Shown here piece after piece: positions 19,282 through 28,363 of a stretch of DNA of 64,000 nucleotides. Below the pieces are notes generated by a model that searched no databases, had not been told where the DNA came from, and was given only the letters and a program-made list of their open reading frames with translations. Position numbers and translations under genes: made by a program. Each line of letters opens with the position of its first letter. The first letter of the stretch is position 1. The DNA is from Phycisphaerae bacterium (GTDB lineage: Bacteria > Planctomycetota > Phycisphaerae > UBA1845 > Fen-1342), in NCBI GenBank assembly GCA_963675745.2, contig CAXXWX010000021.1, forward strand, positions 1 to 64,000. Direction: 5' to 3'.

Positions 19282-20178
19282 TTACTCTTCCTCAGGCGGA
19301 TCGCAGGTTACCAGGTCATCGTAATACCGCCGGGGATTCATCTCGCCGGGCTCCTGGACCCACGTTGGGCAGATGATGTGCCATCCGTCGCCGCAGTTGG
19401 CGCGCGTGTCGTAGAAGCGGTTCTCGGCATGGCCATCGAGAAAACCGGCCGAGTGCCGTGACCATTGCCGGTGCATGCCCATCACCTGAAACTGGTTGGC
19501 GACCGCCCAATCCATGGCGTCCTCCATGTAGAAGACGAGTTGCGACAGGCTGATTGTGTGATCGCGCAGCAGGGCCTGGAGATTGTGGCCCCAGTTGTCG
19601 CCGGTCCAGCGGCCGTTGGCCAGTTTGGGGGCCCAGGGGTTCGGAAACCCGCCGTAGGTGTTCAGGAGCGTCAGGTTGGTGTGATAGCTGGTCCCGACGT
19701 CGTCATATGCCGACATGACGGTCTTGTCGGCCGGGTTGTCGTACTTGCGTTGGTAGGATGCGCGATCCGACGGGCACTGCATCGGATAAACCTCGTCATC
19801 GTCATCGACGACACCGCTCATGATAAAGCGATTCAGCGGGCGCTCGCTCGCCTTGAAAAGAAACTTTCGGTATTTGGGCCTTGAGTCCCAGAACTCGTCA
19901 TTCGTCTTGCCCGCGTAATTCCAGGTGCAGACGCCGGTCACGCCGTACGTGCCGATTTTGGCCATCATCGGGAAGCGTTCATTCTCTTCATTGAAGTACG
20001 CCTGCGTGGCGATGCCGAGCGTTCGCAGGTTGGCGACACACTTGACCGCCTTGGCCTGTTCCCGGGCGCGCCCCAGCGACGGTAGCAGAATGGAGATAAG
20101 CAGGGCGATGATCGCCACCACGACCAGGAGCTCGATCAGTGTAAACGCACGCCGCCTCAGCGCTATTCGCGCGACCAT
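19282..20178 (-). CDS. Prepilin-type N-terminal cleavage/methylation protein with H-X9-DG-type motif (DUF1559-like)
   Basis: RRAFTLIELLVVVAIIALLISILLPSLGRAREQAK...C..NLR, CPSD, H...AGFLDGHAE. Confidence 0.88.
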   Translation of the reverse strand: MVARIALRRRAFTLIELLVVVAIIALLISILLPSLGRAREQAKAVKCVANLRTLGIATQAYFNEENERFPMMAKIGTYGVTGVCTWNYAGKTNDEFWDSRPKYRKFLFKASERPLNRFIMSGVVDDDDEVYPMQCPSDRASYQRKYDNPADKTVMSAYDDVGTSYHTNLTLLNTYGGFPNPWAPKLANGRWTGDNWGHNLQALLRDHTISLSQLVFYMEDAMDWAVANQFQVMGMHRQWSRHSAGFLDGHAENRFYDTRANCGDGWHIICPTWVQEPGEMNPRRYYDDLVTCDPPEEE

Positions 20179-20464
20179 ATGCAGTACTCCGCGGAATCCT
20201 TGATGTGCAATACCTCTCACGCCCGGAGAAAGCCGAAATGAGCACTTCCCGGCGGGCATGGTCCGGTGACACGTAACTGACGTGACACACTGAGCCTAGT
20301 GGCTGACGGGCACCGAGTCAAAGACATTCCGGCGTTGGTAAACCCGATCAAGGCGGATCGTAGATCGCTTGCGCACGCACCCGAGATTGTCTGCCGGCTG
20401 TGTTTGGTGTTTGTTCGCATTAGCCCTATAATAGTGCCCAACTGTTTATATCGCAGGTGCCCGT

Positions 20465-22780
20465 ATGGACGTCAGCTCTTTCATCGCCAGGCTGCAAGCC
20501 GCGCGCGACTATCGGAACCAGGTTGTCGAGGCCCGCGTTTTGCCCGCGCGCGACGCCGTGTTTCGCCAACCCGAGCGGCCGCTGGACGAGCGCCTGCACG
20601 GCTGGCTGCGTGAAGCCGGCATTGAGCGGCTCTACGCCCATCAGGCCGACGCGCTCGATGCCATCCGGGTCGGCCGCCACGTGCTGCTGGCGACCGGCAC
20701 CGCCTCGGGCAAGAGCCTGTGCTATCAACTGCCGATTCTGGAAGCCCTGCTCGAAGATCCGCAATCGCGCACGCTGTACCTCGCGCCGGCCAAGGCGCTG
20801 GCATATGATCAGCTCAACGGCCTCGAACGCCTGATCGAACGCGCCGGCCTCACCGATGTGGCCAAGGCGGCCTGCTACGACGGTGACACGCCCCAGCACA
20901 AGCGCCCGCGCATCCGCCGCACCGCCAACATCCTGCTATCAAACCCGGATATGTTGCATGTGAGCATCCTGCCGTACCACGCGAAATGGGCGCCGTTTTT
21001 CGCTCGCCTGCGTTACATCGTGCTCGACGAGATCCACAGCTACCGCGGCATTTTCGGAAGCCACGTGGCCGGCGTGTTGTGGCGCTTGCGGCGCATCTGC
21101 GAACACTACGGCTCTTCGCCGACGTTCATCAGTTGCTCAGCCACGCTGGGCAATCCGCACGAGCTCGCCGAAAGCCTGACCGGCCAGGCGACAACCGTGA
21201 TCGACGGCGACACATCGCCGCGCGGCGCCAAGCACATCATCATGTGGAATCCGCCATTGCTCGACGGTGCCCGCATCGGTCGGCGCAGCGCCAATGTCGA
21301 GGCCACCGAGTTGATGCGGAAGTTGCTCGAAGCCGACGCCGGTACAATCACATTCACCAAGGCGCGCGTCGTGGCCGAATTGATCTACAAGTTCGTGGTC
21401 GAGGCGCTGGGCCGGCGGCGCCCCGAACTCGCCGGTCGGGTCAAACCCTACCGCGGCGGCTATCTGCCGAATGAACGGCGCGAGATTGAGCAGGGGCTGT
21501 TCAGCGGTCGAATTCGCGGCGTGTGCAGCACGAATGCCCTCGAGCTTGGCATCGACGTCGGTTCGCTCGACGCGGCCATCGTCGTGGGTTTTCCCCGCAC
21601 CTTCTGTAGCCTGTGGCAGCAGATCGGCAGAGCCGGGCGGCGCCGGGACGAATCCCTGGCCGTGTTCGTCGCCTATGACGATCCGATCGACCAGTTTCTG
21701 TGTCGCAACTCGGCGTTCCTGTTCGAGCAACCCCTGGAACATGCCATCGTCGATCCGCAAAACCCGCACATTCTCGCGGCCCAGCTCGGCTGCGCGGCGT
21801 TCGAGCTGCCGCTGACCGACAATGATCTCAACAGCCTTGGCGAGATGGGCCCGGCCGTCGCCGAGGTTCTGGCCGACGAGGGCCGCGTAAAACGCAGCGG
21901 CGAACGGCTGTACTGGTCTTCAGCCGAGGTCCCCGCAGTGCAGGTCGATCTGCGCACGATCAGCAACGCCACCTATTCGGTGATCGACACCACCAACGGC
22001 CGCAACGAGGTCATCGGTCAGGTGGATTCGATATCCGCCCCCGAGCTCGTGTATCCCGAGGCGATTTACCTGCACCAGGCGGAGAGCTTCATCGTCCGCG
22101 AGCTCGACCAGGAACTGCACACCGCCAGGGTCGAACGCTTTGACGCGGATTACTACACGCAGCCCGTTCTCGCCGACGACTGTCGCATCGTGCGCGAACG
22201 GCACGCCGACGAGGGTGGTGGCGGCAGGCGGTTCTTCGGCGACGTGCGCGTGATGTGGCAGACCATCGCGTTTCGCAAGTTCAAGTATTACACGCAGGAG
22301 CTCATCGGCCAGACCAAGCTCACGCTCGATCCGCAGCACGTCAATACCGCCGCCTGCTGGCTCCAGCCGCCGGCGCGCGCCCTCGACGCGCTCAAAGAGG
22401 CCGGCCACAAGGCATTCGAAGCATTGAGCGCCGCGCGCAATCTCCTCACCGTTGCCTTGCCGCCGATGGCCATGTGCGACCGCTTCGACATCGGTGGCAT
22501 CGTTGACTCAGCCCAGCTTGGCGTCGCGACGATTTTTCTGTACGACCGCTACGAGGGTGGTTTGGGCTATGCCCGGCACGCGTTTGAGCATCATGAAGAG
22601 CTGCTGAAGATGGCGCATGGGCTCGTGGCCGATTGCGCCTGTGAAGATGGTTGCCCCGGTTGCGTGGCCCCTCCCAATCTCCGCGTCGCCATTCACCACG
22701 ACCCCGACCTGTATCGCGGCTATGAGATCCCCAGCAAGCAGGCCGCCCTGACACTCCTGCGCGCCTGGCTCACCCCGTAG
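20465..22780 (+). CDS. DEAD/DEAH-box helicase with C-terminal DUF1998 (MrfA/YprA/Hrq1/SftH family)
   Basis: GTASGKS, DEIH, SATLGNP, TNALELGIDVG, QQIGRAGR, YDRYEGGLG, CACEDGCPGC. Confidence 0.92.
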   Translation: MDVSSFIARLQAARDYRNQVVEARVLPARDAVFRQPERPLDERLHGWLREAGIERLYAHQADALDAIRVGRHVLLATGTASGKSLCYQLPILEALLEDPQSRTLYLAPAKALAYDQLNGLERLIERAGLTDVAKAACYDGDTPQHKRPRIRRTANILLSNPDMLHVSILPYHAKWAPFFARLRYIVLDEIHSYRGIFGSHVAGVLWRLRRICEHYGSSPTFISCSATLGNPHELAESLTGQATTVIDGDTSPRGAKHIIMWNPPLLDGARIGRRSANVEATELMRKLLEADAGTITFTKARVVAELIYKFVVEALGRRRPELAGRVKPYRGGYLPNERREIEQGLFSGRIRGVCSTNALELGIDVGSLDAAIVVGFPRTFCSLWQQIGRAGRRRDESLAVFVAYDDPIDQFLCRNSAFLFEQPLEHAIVDPQNPHILAAQLGCAAFELPLTDNDLNSLGEMGPAVAEVLADEGRVKRSGERLYWSSAEVPAVQVDLRTISNATYSVIDTTNGRNEVIGQVDSISAPELVYPEAIYLHQAESFIVRELDQELHTARVERFDADYYTQPVLADDCRIVRERHADEGGGGRRFFGDVRVMWQTIAFRKFKYYTQELIGQTKLTLDPQHVNTAACWLQPPARALDALKEAGHKAFEALSAARNLLTVALPPMAMCDRFDIGGIVDSAQLGVATIFLYDRYEGGLGYARHAFEHHEELLKMAHGLVADCACEDGCPGCVAPPNLRVAIHHDPDLYRGYEIPSKQAALTLLRAWLTP

Positions 22781-22864
22781 GGGGCGGCTCGCCGCACCGG
22801 TTTCTCTGCCGGAACGTCCGACTCGGGGGTCGGACTCACGCCGTAGGGGGCGGCTCGCCGCACC
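22769..22864. repeat. Two 30-bp direct repeats of a GTAG-headed palindrome (REP-like) with an internal hairpin
   Basis: CTCAC[C/G]CCGTAGGGGGCGGCTCGCCGCACC at 22769-22798 and 22835-22864; GTCCGAC..GTCGGAC hairpin lies between them. Confidence 0.7.
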
Positions 22865-22880
22865 TGTTTGCCTACGTCTC

Positions 22881-23501
22881 CTACGGCGCCTCTGGAATCC
22901 TCAATTCATACGGCTCAACCACGGTGCAGTAGTCCTGCCGGCCCAGGCGCCCGACAGTGCGCAACTTGCGGGAGTCGATCGCACCGTCCTCCCCCAGCAG
23001 CCAATCCGCAACGTGCATGGCAACTATGTCGCCGAGCACGAGGTTGCCGGCGCCGGGCGCATCTCCGAATTCAATGATGTCGCGCAGCCGGCATTCGATG
23101 TTCACCGGCGACTCCTCGACCAGGGGCGGCTTGACCTTCGTCGCCGGCCTTGGCGTCAGCCCGCTCCAATCGAATTCGCTCTGCTCGGGAGGCAGGAGCG
23201 TGGCGCAGCGCACCATGGGCTGGGCGATCGCCTCGGTAACCGTCGCGATACAGAACTCACGCGCGGCCTTGATGTTGTTCAGCGTGTCCTTGGGGCCGCC
23301 GTCACGCCGCGTGCTGGGACAGACCACACACACCGGCGGATTGGCGGAGACCATGTTGTACCAACTGAACGGCGCCAGGTTTGTCGTGCCGCCCGCTGAG
23401 ATCGTCGAGACCAACGCAATCGGTCGTGGCGTAATACACCCGATCAGGAGCTTGTACATCTCGCGCCAGTCGAATTTGCCGGTGGTCACATCAACGTACA
23501 C
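22881..23501 (-). CDS. Flavin reductase family (FMN-binding split barrel) protein
   Basis: YKLLIGCITPRPIALVST, NLAPFS, KDTLNNI, ESPVNIEC, VGRLG. GTG start after GGAGA. Confidence 0.88.
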   Translation of the reverse strand: MYVDVTTGKFDWREMYKLLIGCITPRPIALVSTISAGGTTNLAPFSWYNMVSANPPVCVVCPSTRRDGGPKDTLNNIKAAREFCIATVTEAIAQPMVRCATLLPPEQSEFDWSGLTPRPATKVKPPLVEESPVNIECRLRDIIEFGDAPGAGNLVLGDIVAMHVADWLLGEDGAIDSRKLRTVGRLGRQDYCTVVEPYELRIPEAP

Positions 23502-23991
23502 AGGGTGTCTCCACTTCAGGCGAGCCCGCCGCGTCAGCTTGTGGCTGGGCGCGGGCCAGTCGGGCGCGAAACTCCCGCAGCCGGTCCACGTCACAGATTT
23601 CGGCCAGCGGTTTCATAACGAATTCACGTTCCCACATTCGAGGGTGCGGCACTGTCAGAGTCGGTTCACTGATTATCTCCGCGCGGTACAACAGCAGATC
23701 GAGATCCAATGTGCGCGGGCCAAAACGAACGTGCCGCTGCCGGCCATTACGCTGCTCAATCGCCAGCAGCCGATCAAGCAGTGATTGCGGCGGCAGGGCC
23801 GTGTCCAGCTCCGCAACAGCATTGAGGTATAAACCCTGGTGCGGCGGCCCGCCGGCCGGGACCGTCTCGTGGTACGTGGAGACCGCCACCACCCCTATAT
23901 CAGGATCGCAGTCGAGCTGGGCAAGCGCCGTATCAAGGTAACGTCGGCGGTCCCCCAGATTCGAACCCAGCGAAATGTAGATGCCTTGCAT
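23491..23991 (-). CDS. folK: 2-amino-4-hydroxy-6-hydroxymethyldihydropteridine diphosphokinase
   Basis: YISLGSNLGDR, YLNAVA, FGPRTLDLDLLLY, LTVPHPRMWEREFV. Confidence 0.95.
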   Translation of the reverse strand: MQGIYISLGSNLGDRRRYLDTALAQLDCDPDIGVVAVSTYHETVPAGGPPHQGLYLNAVAELDTALPPQSLLDRLLAIEQRNGRQRHVRFGPRTLDLDLLLYRAEIISEPTLTVPHPRMWEREFVMKPLAEICDVDRLREFRARLARAQPQADAAGSPEVETPCVR

Positions 23992-24318
23992 GTTTTCCGC
24001 CCAGACGGCGCCGCGCTGCGCGACGCAACGTCTCGGCCACCAGCCCACGCCGACGCCGCACCGCATCCCCATCCGTTCCGGTTTACAATCACGAGAGAGT
24101 GTACGGCCCGCGAAGTTGCCATACAACCTGGGTATCGCGCTGGCATCAGGACGCCCCCAGCGGTAGAATTGACGATTTCCGTGTCTGCGACGGCAGACGG
24201 CGTCCAGTACGCCGATAGAATGTAAATATGTGGCAAGCCCCCGGTGCCGCGGTGCCGGCGTGACCTTCATACGAGCGTTGTGGATTGATCACCCGCGGAT
24301 TCCAGACGAGTTGACACC

Positions 24319-26193
24319 ATGAAGACAGCTACGGCTCCCGGCGTCCAACCGGACGGCCATTCACCGCAAAAGGTCGAGCAACTGGCGGATGTGACCGTTC
24401 GTTTTGCCGGTGATTCCGGCGACGGCATGCAGCTCGCCGGCACGCAATTCAGCAACACGTCCGCTGTGTTCGGCAACGACGTGGCGACGTTTCCTGATTA
24501 CCCATCCGAGATCCGCGCGCCGGCCGGAACGTTGGCGGGCGTCTCCGGATTTCAGATTCACATCGGCGACCACGACATCCGTACACCAGGGGACCATGTC
24601 GACGCGCTGGTTGCCATGAACCCGGCCGCGCTCAAGGTCAATATCAAGGACCTGCGTGATGGCGGGCTGCTGATCATCAACACCGACGAATTCACGCCGC
24701 AGAATCTCAAACGCGCCAAGTTCGAGTCGAACCCGCTCGACGGCGACCAGCTCAACCTCTTCCGCGTGTACAAGGCACCGATCACGCGTCTGACGTTTGA
24801 GGCTGTGGCCGAAGCCGGTTTGGGTGCCAAGCAGTCGCAGCGCTGCAAAAACTTCTTCACGCTTGGGCTGGTATTCTGGATTTTCGACCGCCCACTGGAG
24901 ACGACCTTTAAGTGGATCAACACCAAGTTCGCCAAGGTGCCCGCCGTCGCCCAGGCCAACACGCTGGCGATCAAGGCCGGCTACCATTTCGGTGAGACCG
25001 CCGAGATTCTGCCGATCAGGTACCGCGTCAAGCCCGCCAAGCTGGCTCCCGGGCGCTACCGCAACCTGACCGGCAACCAGGCGACGTCGATGGGCTTGAT
25101 CACCGCCGCCAAACTCGCCGGCAAGCCGCTGTTCTATGGCAGCTACCCGATTACCCCGGCCAGTGAGATTCTGCACGATCTCTCAGCCCACAGAAATTAC
25201 GACGTACGCACGTTCCAGGCCGAAGACGAGATCGCAGCCATGGCGGCCACCGTCGGTGCCGCGTTTGCCGGCGCGCTGGCGGTCACCGGCACCAGCGGGC
25301 CGGGTATGGCTCTCAAGCAGGAGGCCATCGGCCTGGCCGTCATCACGGAATTGCCCTGCGTGATCATTAATGTTCAGCGCGGCGGCCCGAGCACCGGGTT
25401 GCCGACCAAGACCGAGCAGGCCGATCTGTGGCAGGCGTTGCTGGGGCGCAATGGCGAATGCCCCGCGCCGGTGCTCGCCGCCCAGTCACCCTCTGATTGC
25501 TATTGGTCCGCGATTGAGGCTGTGCGGATCGCCGTCAAATACATGACGCCCGTGATCCTGCTGACCGATGGTTACCTGGCGAACGGCTCGGAACCGTGGC
25601 GCATTCCCGAAATGCGGGAGCTGCCCCCCATTGAAATCACCCACGCGGATGACCCGGCCAAGTTCAGACCTTATCGACGCGACGCGAATGGCGCGCGACC
25701 CTGGGCCATCCCCGGCACCCCCGGCCTCGAGCATCGGGTCGGCGGCCTGGAAAAATCCGACGTGACCGGAAACGTCAGTCACGACCCGGCCAACCATCAG
25801 CGCATGATCACGCTGCGTGCCGAGAAGGTCGCCAAGGTCGTCCAGGACGTGCCCGACCAGCAGCTCACCGGTGCCGATTCGGGTGACCTGCTGGTGGTTT
25901 CGTGGGGCGGCACCTATGGGGCGGTTTCGATCGCCGTCGAACAAGCCATCGCCCAGGGCCACAGCGTATCGCACATGCACCTGCGCTGGCTGGATCCGCT
26001 GCCCGCCAACGTCGGTGAGATCCTTCGTAGCTTCAAACAGGTCATCGTTTGTGAGTTGAACATGGGGCAGCTCAAGCAACTGCTCCAGGCGCGCTTCTGC
26101 ATCGAAATGCGCGCTTTGAACAAAGTGCAGGGGCAGCCGTTCCGCGTCAGCGAAGTCTATGACGCGATCAGCAAGATCGTGGAGGACAAATAG
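24319..26193 (+). CDS. korA: 2-oxoacid:ferredoxin oxidoreductase alpha subunit
   Basis: RFAGDSGDGMQL, YPITPAS, QAEDEIAA, TSGPG, QRGGPSTGLPTKTEQ. Confidence 0.92.
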   Translation: MKTATAPGVQPDGHSPQKVEQLADVTVRFAGDSGDGMQLAGTQFSNTSAVFGNDVATFPDYPSEIRAPAGTLAGVSGFQIHIGDHDIRTPGDHVDALVAMNPAALKVNIKDLRDGGLLIINTDEFTPQNLKRAKFESNPLDGDQLNLFRVYKAPITRLTFEAVAEAGLGAKQSQRCKNFFTLGLVFWIFDRPLETTFKWINTKFAKVPAVAQANTLAIKAGYHFGETAEILPIRYRVKPAKLAPGRYRNLTGNQATSMGLITAAKLAGKPLFYGSYPITPASEILHDLSAHRNYDVRTFQAEDEIAAMAATVGAAFAGALAVTGTSGPGMALKQEAIGLAVITELPCVIINVQRGGPSTGLPTKTEQADLWQALLGRNGECPAPVLAAQSPSDCYWSAIEAVRIAVKYMTPVILLTDGYLANGSEPWRIPEMRELPPIEITHADDPAKFRPYRRDANGARPWAIPGTPGLEHRVGGLEKSDVTGNVSHDPANHQRMITLRAEKVAKVVQDVPDQQLTGADSGDLLVVSWGGTYGAVSIAVEQAIAQGHSVSHMHLRWLDPLPANVGEILRSFKQVIVCELNMGQLKQLLQARFCIEMRALNKVQGQPFRVSEVYDAISKIVEDK

Positions 26194-26195
26194 CC

Positions 26196-27224
26196 GTGAC
26201 TGCTTCCGAGACTGCGCCGGCCTTGACCGTCAAGGACTTCCGCAGCGACCAGGATGTCAAGTGGTGCCCCGGGTGCGGCAACTACTCGATCCTGACGCAG
26301 ATTCAGAAGGTCTTGCCCACGCTCGGCGTTCCGCGCGAGAACGTCGTCGTCGTATCGGGCATCGGCTGCTCCAGCCGCTTTCCGTATTATGTGAATACGT
26401 ACGGGTTTCACGGCATCCATGGCCGCGCGCCGGCGATCGCCAGCGGAGTGAAGCTGGCCAACCCTGACCTGAACGTGTGGGTCATCACCGGCGACGGCGA
26501 CGGCTTGAGCATCGGTGGCAACCACTTCCTGCACACCATTCGTCGCAACATGGGCCTGAAGCTCATTCTGTTCAACAACCGCATTTACGGGTTGACCAAG
26601 GGGCAGGCTTCTCCCACCAGCGAGTTCGGCAAGCGCACCAAGTCATCGCCGCATGGCACGCTCGAACAGCCGGTACACCCGATCTCGGTGGCGATTGGCG
26701 CCGAGGTCACCTTCGTGGCGCGCTGCGTGGACATGGACACAAAATTCGCCCAGCAGGTTTTCCAGCGCGCCGCCGAGCACAAGGGCACCGCCTTTGTCGA
26801 GGTCTATCAGGATTGCAATGTCTATAACCACGGCGCGTACGACTACGCCACCGATCGCCAGAGCAAACTCGAACACGTGCTCTACCTCGAGCACGGGAAA
26901 CCGATGATCTTCGGCCGCGAGCAGAACAAGGGCATCCGACTGAATGGAACCACGCCCGAGGTGGTCGAGCTCGGCGTTGGCGGCGTATCAGCCGACGATC
27001 TGCTGGTGCATGACGAGAAGGCCGCCGAGCCGACGTTGGCATACCTGCTTTCGCGCATGCGCTACCCCGAGTTCCCCGAGCCCATGGGCGTCTTTCGCGC
27101 GATCGAACAACCCACCTACGAATCGCTGATGATTGAGCAGATCAACGCCGTCACCGAGCGCAGCGGCGCTGGTGATCTGGAGCAGCTTTTCAATGCCGGC
27201 GACATCTGGGAAGTGACAGAGTAG
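26196..27224 (+). CDS. korB: 2-oxoacid:ferredoxin oxidoreductase beta subunit
   Basis: WCPGCG, SGIGCSSR, HGRA, GDGDGLSIGGNH, NNRIYGLTKGQASPT. Confidence 0.92.
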   Translation: MTASETAPALTVKDFRSDQDVKWCPGCGNYSILTQIQKVLPTLGVPRENVVVVSGIGCSSRFPYYVNTYGFHGIHGRAPAIASGVKLANPDLNVWVITGDGDGLSIGGNHFLHTIRRNMGLKLILFNNRIYGLTKGQASPTSEFGKRTKSSPHGTLEQPVHPISVAIGAEVTFVARCVDMDTKFAQQVFQRAAEHKGTAFVEVYQDCNVYNHGAYDYATDRQSKLEHVLYLEHGKPMIFGREQNKGIRLNGTTPEVVELGVGGVSADDLLVHDEKAAEPTLAYLLSRMRYPEFPEPMGVFRAIEQPTYESLMIEQINAVTERSGAGDLEQLFNAGDIWEVTE

Positions 27225-27402
27225 GGCGTTTCGCGGAACCGAGTAGTGTTTGCAAACCCATAGCGGCCGATGGTCCCCGGCAACCAATGTAACGGCCGGC
27301 GCCCCGCCGGCCGCCGAATCCCAGCGGTTCGCGCCACACCACTGCTCAACCGTCGGCGTAACCGCAATTGACGATCGCCCCAGACCACTTGACGCCCGCG
27401 CA

Positions 27403-27452
27403 TAAAACCCGCCGGTGCCGATGCCCCATTGCAGGGGCGCCGGCGCCGGCGG
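27403..27452 (-). terminator. GC-rich hairpin between convergent korB and trxA (U-tract on the minus strand)
   Basis: CCGCCGGTGCCG...CGGCGCCGGCGG stem followed by GTTTTA on the minus strand. Confidence 0.45.
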
Positions 27453-27484
27453 CCGTTACTTCGTCGTGACGAACAGCGCTCGAT

Positions 27485-27823
27485 CTAGCGGTCGCTGATG
27501 CGCGCGTCGATCAGCGTCTGGTAATCCTGTTTCTGGCGCGCGCCCACTATCTTCTCAACCTGCGTGCCGCCGTCAAAAAGCAGTACGGTTGGGATGTTCT
27601 GTATGCCGTATTGGGCGGCGATTTTCTGTGCGTTGTCGACGTTCAGCTTGCCGACCTTCACTCTTCCCTTGTAGTCGGCGGCCAGCTCCTCGAGCGTCGG
27701 AGCGAGCATCAGGCAGGGTTGGCACCACTCCGCCCAGAAGTCAACCAGGACCGGAACGTCGGCCTGCAACACCTCTGCTTCGAAGTTGTCTTCCGTGAAC
27801 TCCAGCGTGTTTTCTCCAGCCAT
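27485..27823 (-). CDS. trxA: Thioredoxin
   Basis: VLVDFWAEWCQPC, KLNVD, YGIQNIPTVLLF. Confidence 0.93.
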   Translation of the reverse strand: MAGENTLEFTEDNFEAEVLQADVPVLVDFWAEWCQPCLMLAPTLEELAADYKGRVKVGKLNVDNAQKIAAQYGIQNIPTVLLFDGGTQVEKIVGARQKQDYQTLIDARISDR

Positions 27824-28067
27824 CGAGAAGCTCCCTGATTGAGTGGACTGGCTCTGTGGACTGCACAATTCTATTGCCGCCCGTGCCTCTGTCAAATCGC
27901 CGGCCCGCTACGAGAAATCGCGCGCCGGCAGCGGTCCACCCGGCCCGGTTACCACGGTCCGGGCCGCCTCATCGCGGCGGGTGCAAGGCAGCCTGACGGA
28001 CAAAGTCGGCTGACGGACAAAGTAGCGGCCTGCGCCTCGCAGGCCGTCGGCGCTGCGAGTGTCATAC

Positions 28068-28340
28068 GCCATGTGGGTGCCCCACGCCTTGGGGTGGGGG
28101 ACTGACTTGCGCAACGTGCGAGATCAAGCGCCTTCCCGCGTGAGATCAGTCCCCCACGGCAAGCCGCGGGGCACCCACATGCGCGCCGCGAGATCAGTCC
28201 CCCGCGGCGAGCCACGGGGCACCCACATGCGCGCCGTAAGATCAGTCCCCCGCGGCGAGCCACGGGGCACCCGCACGCGCGCCGTAAGATCCGTCCCCCA
28301 CGGCAAGCCGTGGGGCACCCTCATGGCAAGCCGCGGGCAC
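28068..28340. repeat. Array of 48-bp palindromic (REP-like) units: four direct copies plus one inverted copy
   Basis: AGATC[A/C]GTCCCCCRCGGCRAGCC...GGGGCACCC starts at 28143, 28191, 28239 and 28287; inverted copy at about 28068-28107. Confidence 0.9.
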
Positions 28341-28363
28341 CCGCAGGCAGTGTGCGCCGGTTG

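Noticed and set aside
28143..28334. CRISPR array
   Set aside because: Units repeat over the full 48 bp with no unique spacers, and there are no cas genes in the window.
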